Assembly (NCBI GenBank): GCA_014905635.1
Contig: JABVCE010000045.1
Coordinates: forward strand, 62,001 to 126,000
Direction: 5' to 3'
DNA: 64,000 nt
Source: Scenedesmus sp. PABB004
Taxonomy: Eukaryota
Part shown: in pieces, positions 1 through 10,340 of the stretch
Position numbering within the stretch: position 1 is the stretch's first letter
Layout of the letters: each line of letters opens with the position of its first letter
The notes under the pieces: generated by a model
The model's input: only the letters and a program-made list of their open reading frames with translations
Told to the model about the DNA's origin: nothing
Databases searched by the model: none
Program-made: the position numbers and the translations under genes

Positions 1-245
1 CGCGGCCGCGCCTGCCGCGGCGGCCGGCCCTGCTGCTGCTGAGCCCGGCCCTGCTGCTGCCGCTGGCGCTGAAGCCAGCTCTGCACCGGGGGCGCCCGCC
101 GCTCGAGCAGCGGGTCGTCGGGCGCTGCTGCCGGCGGCGGAGCCGGCGCGGGCTCGCCGCCCGGCTGCCGCCGCCGCCCGTTGACGCGCACGCTGCCGCG
201 CTGCGTGCGGGGGAAGCTCGCCAGCGACGGCCCAGCGCCGCGCGG
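1..245 (-). CDS. Probable exon of an unknown gene running off the left edge
   Basis: After a ccctgcag acceptor (248-246) the minus strand reads ARRWAVAGELPRTQRGSVRVNG...DDPLLERRAPPVQSWLQRQRQQQG with no stop. No family recognised and upstream exons not resolved. Confidence 0.3.
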
Positions 246-1564
246 CTGCAGGGGGCAGGGGCGAACGACCTGCATTTCCCCAGCGCCCACGTCCGTCCAG
301 CGGCGGGCGCCACGCGACGCGCCTCAGCCTCAGGACGCTCTCAGGATGCCCACGCGGAGCGAGCAGGCGCATGCGCCGCTCCCCGGCCGCTGCTGCTGCT
401 CTGCGCCGCCGAGCGGCGCTGCTCCGCGACGCCCGTGCCCCGAGCTGCGGCTGCGGCGGCGGCGGCGGCGCCGTCTCTGGTGAGGCGCGCACTTCGGGGG
501 CGGCTTGCCGGGGCGCAACAAGATCGACGCGGACGGAACCCCGTCGCCCGCGCTTTAGCCACGCGCGCAGGTCGCAGGTTGGCCGCGGCATCGCCGCCGC
601 CGCCCGCCGCCGCCCCGCCGCCGCCGGCGCCGCCGCGCGCCGCCGTCGCCGCCGCCGCGACCAGCGTGGCCCGGCACCGTCGGCGCCCAGCCGGGTCGGC
701 AGCAGCGCGGCGCGCCGGTTGGCTTGCCGCGCCGTGGCCCTGGGCCCGCATGTCCGACGGGCGGGCGGGGCACGCAGGCCGCCGCCCTCCCCTGCCACCC
801 CACAGTGCTGGCGCGACGCGCCCCGCAACCCACGACGCCCGCACGCAGCGGCAGCCCCCGCAGGCGACAGTTTCGCGCGGCACGCTCCCCCGCAGTGCGA
901 CCCGGCCGCCCCGGCCCATGCCGAGCGCGGCGCCGCCGCCCGTCGACTGCCCGCGCCAACCCCCGACCGCACCCGGCCAGCGCCATGCAGCTGCTGCGCA
1001 GGGCGCGCGCGAGCGCGCCGCATCGCTCGCGGGCCCCGCGGCGCCCAGGTGCGGCGCGGCGCGAGTCCGCGCCGCGCGACCAGCGGCTGCCCCCGCGCGG
1101 GGTGCGGCTCTCGCCCGCCGCGCGCCACGCACCACGCGCCAGGCCAGCGGTCCTCGCCTCCGTGGTGGTCAGCCGGGCCAGCGGGAAGCCGCGCTTGGGC
1201 GGCGGCGTTGGTTGCGGTCGGCCAGCGCTGCTGCCGAGCAGCGCCGCCGCCGCCTTGCTGCGGAAGCTGCCTGACGACCCAGGATTGCACAGCTTGCCCA
1301 CTACCTTGGCAACGCGCTGCTGCGCCGCATTCGTGGGTCGCTGCGCGCGCGGCACTGGCCGCGGTGCGGTGATTTCGTCGCCTCTGGCCGCCGCGCGCCC
1401 CAGCCCCGCCGCGCCCGGCTGCCCGGCGCGTTGCCAAGCCAGTTTCCGGCCGCCACGCGCGCCGAGGAGCTTCCGTTTGCAGCGGTGGCGATGGTTGACC
1501 GCCAGTTGGCCGCGTAGGCCTCCAGCTCAGCCCAAACCCGCGCACTTTTCTCGCGCCAGGCGGC

Positions 1565-1571
1565 CTTATAG
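1565..1571 (+). promoter_or_regulatory. TATA-like box of ICL copy 1
   Basis: CTTATAG, a rare AT island ~115 nt upstream of ATG 1683, followed by a pyrimidine-rich cttcactcac stretch. Confidence 0.5.
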
Positions 1572-1682
1572 CCCCCCCGCCGCCCTTCACTCACCCCACT
1601 CCGCTCCCCCGGCTCCACCGCGACCGCTGCCGCCAGCCCCCGCGCCCTCCCTGCCCGCCCGCCACCGCCGCGCGCCCGAGCC

Positions 1683-3538
1683 ATGGCGTCCTGCGCCGAC
1701 GACAAGCGCTGGGAGGGCGTGCGCCGCCTGTACACCAAGCAGGACGTGGAGCGCCTCCGGGGCAGCATCAAGATCGAGTACACGCTCGCCCGCCAGGGCG
1801 CGGAGCGCCTCTGGAGGCTGCTCCACACCGAGGACTACGTGCACGCCCTGGGCGCGCTGACGGGCAACCAGGCGGTGCAGCAGGTCCAGGGTGAGCCCTC
1901 GCGCCGCGCGGCGGGCGCGCGCCACGCCGGGCGGGGCGCCTGCGCGCGGTGTGATGGCGCGGTCCCGCCCGGCCGGCGCGCGCGGGCTGTGTCCGGCCGG
2001 CCCAGCCCCGCGCCGTGCCGCGCGCGACGCCCACGCCGAGCTCCCGCTCACACCCCCGCCGTCTGCCGCCCGCCGCCACGCTCTGCCGCCGCCGCCGCCG
2101 CGCAGCCGGGCTGAAGGCCATCTACCTCTCCGGCTGGCAGGTCGCGGGCGACGCCAACACCGCGGGCCAGACCTACCCCGACCAGAGCCTGTACCCCGCC
2201 GACAGCGTGCCCAAGGTGGTCGAGCGCATCAACAACGCCTTCCAGCGCGCCGACCAGATCCAGCACGCGGCGGGCAAGAGCGACGTGCACTGGTTTGCGC
2301 CCATCGTCGCCGACGCGGAGGCGGGCTTTGGCGGCAACCTCAACGCGTTTGAGCTCATGCGCGCGATGATCAGGGCCGGCGCCGCGGGCGTGCACTTTGA
2401 GGACCAGCTCGCGTCGGCCAAGAAGTGCGGCCACATGGGCGGCAAGGTGCTCGTGCCGACGGGCGAGTTTGTGCAGAAGCTGCAGGCCGCGCGCCTCGCC
2501 GCCGACGTGAGCGACGTGCCGACCGTCATCATCGCCCGCACCGACGCGCTGGGCGCGTACCTGCTCACCTCGGACATCGACGACCGCGACAAGCCCTTCT
2601 GCACCGGTGCGCGCGCGCGCGCCGCGGGGGAGCCCGCGCCGCGCGGCGCAGAGCGCGCAGCCCGCGCGCCGCGCGCCGTGCGCGCCGCGCCCTGCCCGCC
2701 AGCCAGCTCACGCCGGGCCCCGCCGCCGCCCCGCCGCGCAGGCGGCCGCACGTCTGAGGGCTTCTTTGAGATCCGGGGCGGCATCGAGAGCGCCATCGCG
2801 CGCGGCCTGGCCTACGCGCCGTACGCCGACCTGGTGTGGTTTGAGGTGAGGCGCGCCGCTGGCCGAGGGCTGGGGCTGCCTGGGCGCCGCCGCGCGCCCC
2901 GCGCCCACGCCCTGCGGCCACCGTGCTGATGCCCCTGCCCGCCCGCCCCCCGCCCGCCCGCCGCGTGCAGACGAGCGAGCCGAGCCTGGAGGAGGCGACC
3001 GCGTTTGCCAAGGCCATCCACGAGAAGTTCCCCGGCAAGCTGCTGGCCTACAACTGCTCGCCCAGCTTCAACTGGAAGAAGAAGCTCAACGACGAGACCA
3101 TCGCGCGCTTCCAGGCCACCCTCGGCGCGCTGGGCTACAAGTTCCAGGTGCGCTCACACGCGCACGCACGGCCGCGGGCGCCGCTGCCAGGCCGCTGCTG
3201 CCAGGCCGCTGCTGCCAGGCCGCTGCTGCCGGGCCGTGCGCCGTGCGCCGCCGCCAACGCCGCCCCTCCCGCGCTGGGCGCAGTTTGTGACGCTGGCGGG
3301 CTTCCACGCGCTCAACTTCAGCATGTTCACGCTCGCGCACGACTACGCGCGCCGCGGCATGTCTGCGTACGCGGAGCTGCAGTCCAAGGAGTTTGCCGAG
3401 GAGAAGAACGGCTACACCGCGACGCGGCACCAGGGCTTTGTGGGCACCGGCTACTTTGACCAGCTCGCGCAGGCCATCGCGCAGGGCACCGCCTCCACCA
3501 CCGCGCTGACCGGCTCCACCGAGGAGGAGCAGTTTTGA
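1683..3538 (+). CDS. ICL1: Isocitrate lyase, copy 1 (5 exons, 414 aa)
   Basis: Exons 1683-1890, 2106-2606, 2742-2845, 2971-3147 and 3284-3538, all GT-AG, total 1245 nt. Motifs: [30 protein letters not shown], catalytic HFEDQ...[26 protein letters not shown]-terminal GSTEEEQF. Confidence 0.98.
3180..3232 (+). repeat. Short tandem repeat (gccgctgctgccag-type unit, ~3 copies) in ICL intron 4; mirrored at ~4682-4734
   Basis: Read directly from the sequence. Confidence 0.8.
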
Positions 3539-3964
3539 TGCGGCCGCGGCGCCGTGCGGGCGCGACGGGGAGGGGGACGGGGGCCCGTGGGCTTGTGCGG
3601 CGGCGCGGCGGGCTCCAGACCAGGTTGCGGGCAGGGCGTGCGCCGCGCGGCGCAGCCGAGGAGCTGCTTGACCCCAGCGCTTGCAGACAGGGGAGGCCTG
3701 CAGCGGGGCCCGTTGACGCTTTGCCTGCGGGGGGCCAACAAGTTTTGAGCGCGCGCAGACCCTCTCTCCCGCGCGCGGGCGGGCGCAGCCCGCCTCTGCC
3801 TGCGCGGCGGGGCGGGGCACGCTCGCGGCGTGTGTACCTTTGCCTTGTACAGTGTGAGTGTGACCAACAGCGCTACGCCATGTGCGGGCGCACCCATTCT
3901 TGCCGCGCCCGCCGGAGGGAAGGCGGCGCCGGACCCTGCGTGGCTTCAGCAAACGAGCGAGGGA

Positions 3965-3969
3965 TGTAA
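3965..3969 (+). terminator. TGTAA polyadenylation signal of ICL copy 1
   Basis: Canonical chlorophyte poly(A) signal ~430 nt after the stop codon. Confidence 0.65.
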
Positions 3970-4086
3970 CGCCGGACGCTCCCCTGCGCCGTGAGCCGAT
4001 CGCTGCAGTCGGTGGCCGGCCGAGCGCGCGCGCAGCAGGCCGCGCGGCAGCGGCAGCGCCTCGGGCGAGGCGAGCGGAGCACGCAG

Positions 4087-4091
4087 TTACA
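4087..4091 (-). terminator. TGTAA polyadenylation signal of ICL copy 2
   Basis: TTACA on the + strand, ~285 nt after the copy-2 stop codon. Confidence 0.65.
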
Positions 4092-4375
4092 GAGGCGGGG
4101 CGGCGGCGCTGCCACGCGCGCGCGGCGCCTCTGCGGCGCCACAGCACGAGCCTGCCGGACGGCCGCCGCGGGCAGCGCAAAACCCCCGCCGTGGTCGCGC
4201 CCAAGATGTACACAAAGGCCTGCAAAATCGGGCTGGCACATGGCAACCCAAAGTCTCCACCTCGCCCGCTCGCAAAGCAAAGCTGTCTCACCTGCACACA
4301 ACGGCAGTGCTGCCCACGCAACCCCACGGGCCCTGCCCCACGCCCCCTCCCTCCCCCGTCCCCGCCGCGGCCGCC

Positions 4376-6232
4376 TCAAAACTGCTCCTCCTCGGTGGAG
4401 CCGGTCAGCGCGGTGGTGGAGGCGGTGCCCTGCGCGATGGCCTGCGCGAGCTGGTCAAAGTAGCCGGTGCCCACAAAGCCCTGGTGCCGCGTCGCGGTGT
4501 AGCCGTTCTTCTCCTCGGCAAACTCCTTGGACTGCAGCTCCGCGTACGCAGACATGCCGCGGCGCGCGTAGTCGTGCGCGAGCGTGAACATGCTGAAGTT
4601 GAGCGCGTGGAAGCCCGCCAGCGTCACAAACTGCGCCCAGCGCGGGAGGGGCGGCGTTGGCGGCGGCGCACGGCGCACGGCCCGGCAGCAGCGGCCTGGC
4701 AGCAGCGGCCTGGCAGCAGCGGCCTGGCAGCGGCGCCCGCGGCCGTGCGTGCGCGTGTGAGCGCACCTGGAACTTGTAGCCCAGCGCGCCGAGGGTGGCC
4801 TGGAAGCGCGCGATGGTCTCGTCGTTGAGCTTCTTCTTCCAGTTGAAGCTGGGCGAGCAGTTGTAGGCCAGCAGCTTGCCGGGGAACTTCTCGTGGATGG
4901 CCTTGGCAAACGCGGTCGCCTCCTCCAGGCTCGGCTCGCTCGTCTGCACGCGGCGGGCGGGCGGGCGGGCGGGCGGGCAGGGGCATCAGCACGGTGGCCG
5001 CAGGGCGTGGGCGCGGGGCGCGCGGCGGCGCCCAGGCAGCCCCAGCCCTCGGCCAGCGGCGCGCCTCACCTCAAACCACACCAGGTCGGCGTACGGCGCG
5101 TAGGCCAGGCCGCGCGCGATGGCGCTCTCGATGCCGCCCCGGATCTCAAAGAAGCCCTCAGACGTGCGGCCGCCTGCGCGGCGGGGCGGCGGCGGGGCCC
5201 GGCGTGAGCTGGCTGGCGGGCAGGGCGCGGCGCGCACGGCGCGCGGCGCGCGGGCTGCGCGCTCTGCGCCGCGCGGCGCGGGCTCCCCCGCGGCGCGCGC
5301 GCGCGCACCGGTGCAGAAGGGCTTGTCGCGGTCGTCGATGTCCGAGGTGAGCAGGTACGCGCCCAGCGCGTCGGTGCGGGCGATGATGACGGTCGGCACG
5401 TCGCTCACGTCGGCGGCGAGGCGCGCGGCCTGCAGCTTCTGCACAAACTCGCCCGTCGGCACGAGCACCTTGCCGCCCATGTGGCCGCACTTCTTGGCCG
5501 ACGCGAGCTGGTCCTCAAAGTGCACGCCCGCGGCGCCGGCCCTGATCATCGCGCGCATGAGCTCAAACGCGTTGAGGTTGCCGCCAAAGCCCGCCTCCGC
5601 GTCGGCGACGATGGGCGCAAACCAGTGCACGTCGCTCTTGCCCGCCGCGTGCTGGATCTGGTCGGCGCGCTGGAAGGCGTTGTTGATGCGCTCGACCACC
5701 TTGGGCACGCTGTCGGCGGGGTACAGGCTCTGGTCGGGGTAGGTCTGGCCCGCGGTGTTGGCGTCGCCCGCGACCTGCCAGCCGGAGAGGTAGATGGCCT
5801 TCAGCCCGGCTGCGCGGCGGCGGCGGCGGCAGAGCGTGGCGGCGGGCGGCAGACGGCGGGGGTGTGAGCGGGAGCTCGGCGTGGGCGTCGCGCGCGGCAC
5901 GGCGCGGGGCTGGGCCGGCCGGACACAGCCCGCGCGCGCCGGCCGGGCGGGACCGCGCCATCACACCGCGCGCAGGCGCCCCGCCCGGCGTGGCGCGCGC
6001 CCGCCGCGCGGCGCGAGGGCTCACCCTGGACCTGCTGCACCGCCTGGTTGCCCGTCAGCGCGCCCAGGGCGTGCACGTAGTCCTCGGTGTGGAGCAGCCT
6101 CCAGAGGCGCTCCGCGCCCTGGCGGGCGAGCGTGTACTCGATCTTGATGCTCCCCCGGAGGCGCTCCACATCCTGCTTGGTGTACAGGCGGCGCACGCCC
6201 TCCCAGCGCTTGTCGTCGGCGCAGGACGCCAT
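4376..6232 (-). CDS. ICL1: Isocitrate lyase, copy 2 (identical protein, 5 exons)
   Basis: Reverse complement of copy 1 with the same exon-intron structure. ATG at 6232, TGA at 4376-4378. Confidence 0.98.
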
Positions 6233-6342
6233 GGCTCGGGCGCGCGGCGGTGGCGGGCGGAGGCTGGGCGATGCCGGAGGGTGCCGCGAGGAGGTCGTGA
6301 GCGTCAGGCGGTGGCGAGTGAGCTGGGGAGCGCACGGGCGAG

Positions 6343-6350
6343 CTATTTAA
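6343..6350 (-). promoter_or_regulatory. TATA-like box of ICL copy 2
   Basis: TTAAATAG on the minus strand ~110 nt upstream of ATG 6232, followed by ctcactc. Confidence 0.5.
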
Positions 6351-6617
6351 GCCCCGCACGGGACATAACAAACGCACAAGCCGTCATCCGCAGCAGTGAG
6401 GCTCAGCCGGCGTCATCGGCGGTCAGGGGGGGCCTGGCAGGCTCGTGGACGTCGAACAAAGGTCACACAAGAACGGAACCGCCCGCGGCGCGGCCCGCCG
6501 TGGCGAGCGCGGCCCGCCGGCGGCGGCGCGCCCGCGCCGGGCGCGTGCTGCCGCCCACGTCAGCAGGGACGCCCGCCGCGCCGCGCGGCGCCTGCAGTGC
6601 AGCTCACCGCAACAAGC

Positions 6618-9600
6618 TCATGACGCGCCACCGGGCGCTGCGCCGCCGCCGCCGCTGCCGCCGCCGCCGCCCGAGCGCCGTGCCGCGGCGGCGAGCGCGC
6701 GGAAGCGGTCGTCGCAGGGGTGCTCGTAGGTCGACACGCCGCTGGCGGTGCAGGCAAAGTACTCGTTGCCCTCGCCGTCCAGGTGCACCGTCCAGCCCGC
6801 CGGCACGGCCGCGACCAGGGCCGCCGCGGCGATCGGGAGCAGGGCGGGCTCCTGCGCGTGGACCGGCCCGGCGCGGCGCGTCGGGTCGCGCGCGGTCCCC
6901 CGCGCACGCGGGCCAGCGCGGCAGCACCCCCTGCCCCCCCCCCTTCGCACCGCCTGGGGGTCGATGCCGAGGTATTCGGCGTACTCGGCCACCTCCTGCG
7001 CGGTCGGCGGCGTGCCCGCCGCGCCCGCCTGCAGCGCCGCGAGCCGCGGGCTCAGGCCCCAGCCGGCGGCGCCCGCGGCCGCGGCCGCGCGGCGCTGCGC
7101 CGCCGAGCCGGGGCGGCTGCCGTCGGCGCCCGTGCCGCCGCGCTCCGCCGCGCCCGCGGCCTGGCCGGCCAGCAGCTGCTGAGCCACGACCGCCGTCTCC
7201 TCCAGGCGCGCGTGGAACAGCGCCACGGTCGCCTCCTGCTCGTCCTGCAGCACGCGCTGCTGCGCGGCCGCCGCGCCGGCGGCCCCCGCGGCGGCGGCGG
7301 CCCCCGTGCCCTCGGCCGGCTGCGCCGCCACCTGCTCCGCACGGTGCTCCTCCAAGCCCCCGGCGGCGCTGGCCTGCGCGGTCAGCACCTGTCTGCTGCT
7401 CTCCTCCGGCACGCGCGGCAGCTCCGGCGCGCCAAAGCCGGCACACGCGTCAGTGACCGCGTCTAGCGGCGGCGCAGGGCCGCCTCCGCTGCAGCTCAAC
7501 GGCTCGGGCCCGCCGCCGACGCCAACCGCAACGCTCTGCGCAAGCGCCTCGATGCCGCGCCGCTGCTCAGCGCAGCTGTCCCTGAGCCGCTGCAGCGCCT
7601 CGCTGCTGGCAGCGCCGACGCCTGCCGACGCAGGCCGCGAGCCGGCGCCGCCGGCAGAGTGCGGCCGCACGCGGCTGCCGCTGCCGCTGCTCGGCCTGCC
7701 GGCGCTCGCGGCAGAGGCGGGCCGCGCCTGGCCCGGCTGCAGCGCAGCGGCCAGCGCCAGCAGCGCGCCAGCGCCGCTTGCAGAGCCGGCCCGGCTGCCG
7801 CATGCGTACGAGCTCTGCGGCCGGGAGGCTTGGCGTGACTGCGGCCGACTGCAGGGCTCTGAGGGCGGGCGCGGCGTCGGCGTCGCAGCCTGCGCCTGCA
7901 ACGCCGGGGCGGCCTGTGCCTGCGTCTGCGCCTGCGCCTGGGGGGCCAGCTGTGGCTCCTGGGGCTGCTGCGGCGGCGGCTGTGGCGCCAGCAGCGCAGG
8001 CGACACCTCGAGCAGCTTGCCGCTGCCGCCTGCTGAGGGCGCCAGCTTGTCAACCGGTCCTGGGCTGGCCCTGGCAGCTGCTGAGCTGACGCCCGGCTTC
8101 TCGCGACGTGCCTTGCTGCCGCCACCGACCTCGCCGCTGAGCCTGCCGACAACGCCCCGACGCGCCAGCGCCGGCAGGCCCACGGGCGTCAGCTGCCGCA
8201 CCGGGCTCGCCTCGCCGCCTGCCCTGCCGTGGGCCAGCTGGCTCCCTGCAGCCGCCGTGGGTGCTGCTGCTGCTGCTGCTGCTGCCAGGCCAGGTGCTGC
8301 GGCCCGCGCAGATGGCGGCGCTGGCGCGCTCGCGTGGGCCTCGTGCAGCTCCCCGACGTCGGGCGCGTCTGCCGTGAGGATGCGCCAGTCGCTGCTGACG
8401 CGCAGCGCCTGCACGCCACCCCCGCCAGCCTCGCCGCCGCCGGGCCAGCAGCCCTGCTGCTTCGCCGACAAGGCTGCCGGCGGCGCGCCAGGCTGCTGCT
8501 GCTGCTGCAGCGCAGGCGCCGCCTGCTGCTGACACAGCTCCACTGCCGCCAGCGCGTCGTCCACGCCGACCAGGAAGTGGTCAACCACGCGCAGCAGCAG
8601 CGCCCGCTCCGCCGCTGCGAGCGCCGCCGGCGCCTCGCCGTAGCCGCGGGGCCCCTGCAGCGCACGCAGCCGCGCCGCCTGGCGCTGCAGGGCCCGGAGA
8701 TGCACGATGAGGCCCAGGCCCCGGAACTGCCGCAGCAGCAGGTCACGGTCCGCCGACGCCCACCGCCAGGTGGCGGCCGCGGCCTGCGGGGCGCCACGAC
8801 GGCGGCGGCGTCAGGCGCCACGCGGCGCAGGCCCACGCCGCGCTCCCGGCGTCTGCGCCGGCGCAGACGCCGCGGGCAACCCTTACCGCGGGCTGCCAGC
8901 CCTCCTCGGCCTGCATCAGCGCCCGCATCTCAATCAGCACCTCTGCCAGCGTTCCCAGGCTCGCGAGCGCCACCTGCGGGGCTCGGGGCGCGCGCGCGTA
9001 GGCGCAGGGCACGGGGCGCCTGCGCCGCGCGCCGCCCGGCCGCCCACCTGCATGGCCGCCAGCCAGCACCCGCCGCGCAGCAGCGCCGTGACGGCTGCGA
9101 GCTGCGCGTCGGGGTCCAGGCGCGACACCGCCGCCACGCCGCGCTGGAGCTGCATCGGCGTGAGGCGAGGCCGCGCCAGCTGCGCCGCCACGAGCGCCTC
9201 CAGCGCGGCCAGCGCCTCGCCGTCGCCGCCGCTGAACACGGCGGGCGTCGTGGCGAGCGCCGCCGCGCCGCGCGGGGCGCGCCCCAGCATGCCGATGAAG
9301 CGCGGCCCAAACGCGCCCGCCTCCACGCCCGCCGCCCAGTCAGACAGCGCGTCCTCGAAGCTGGCCGCCACAGGCGGGTTGGTGTCGCCGTCCCAGCCGC
9401 GCCGCCGGCGCTGCCAGCCGGCCTGCGCTGCGGGGCCGCTCGCGGCCTGCGCGGCGCTCGCGTCCAGGTAGGGCCAGGGCTGCGCGCCCTTGGGGCCCCC
9501 CGCCAGCAGCGCGCGCGCCAGGCCGCCGCGCGACAGCTGCCCCGCTCGCGCGCCGGTCGCGAGCAGCTCGGGCTGCGCGGCGGCGGCGGGCGGCAGCGCG

Positions 9601-9690
9601 GCGAGGCAGTTGCAGGCGTCGCACAGGTCTCGCGCGCCACAAGGAGCGGGCCAGACGCACCTGGCCGGGCTCCTGGCGGTCCTCCATGCG
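6618..9690 (-). CDS. Multi-exon protein with a low-complexity middle and a C-terminal CEP164-type WW module (5' end uncertain)
   Basis: Splicing the 99-nt intron 6950-6852 gives PTAQEVAEYAEYLGIDPQA|EPALLPIAAAALVAAVPAGWTVHLDGEGNEYFACTASGVSTYEHPCDDRFR, which resembles the CEP164 helical+WW unit. Upstream exons lie near 9630-9048, 8973-8887 and 8725 onward. Confidence 0.7.
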
Positions 9691-10340
9691 GCCGCCGCCG
9701 CAGGACGGGCGCCGCGCGAGCGCTCTGACCTGCTCCCTGCGCCCAGAACAGCCCGGCCTGCGCGCGGCTGGGTGCTGGGCGCGTCGAGTTATCCCTGCAG
9801 GCCAACAGGGGCGGCGCAGGCGGTTCAGTTGAGCAGCGACCGCGGCGCTCGCGCGACCGCCGCTGAGCCGCCGCGCGCTCCGACGCGCTGTGCCGCCCGC
9901 CGCCGTGCCGGGTGCTCACTGCCAGTGCTAGCGTGCCGCCCCGCCCGCGATCACCTGCGCTCCCTGCTGCACGCGCGCCGCGGCAGCAGCCGGCGGCGAG
10001 CTCGCGGAGGCGGCCGAGTGGAGCGCTCTCAGCTCGTGCCCCGCCGGCCGTCGCGGCACGACCAGCAGGGGGGCTTGTGGTCGGGCGTACGACGCGCGCG
10101 TGAGGTCAGCGGCCGAGCTGGGCCGGGCAGTCGCCGCTGCTCCGCTGCTGCCGTCGCGCGCACCGCGGCGCGTGTGCGCGACCGCAGCAGCCAGTGCGTG
10201 GCGCCCACCGCGCTCCACGTCTGTCTGCACCTCCCCCGCCCCGCGCCGCGCAGGCGTCGGCGCGCGCGCGGCGGCGGCGGCAGCGGCGGCGGCGGCAGCA
10301 CCGGCGGCGGCGCCCGCGCGGCGCGGCGGGGGCCGCGGCC

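Larger units (their letters stand above)
1655..6260. repeat. Large inverted (tail-to-tail) duplication: arms ~1655-3551 and ~4363-6260, spacer ~810 nt
   Basis: ORF translations mirror each other in all frames (e.g. 2015..2929+ equals 4986..5900-). Mirror coordinates sum to 7915/7914 along the arm. Confidence 0.97.

Noticed and set aside
246..1500. Several R/A/P-rich ORFs on both strands upstream of ICL
   Set aside because: No recognisable domain or consistent exon chain; left unannotated.
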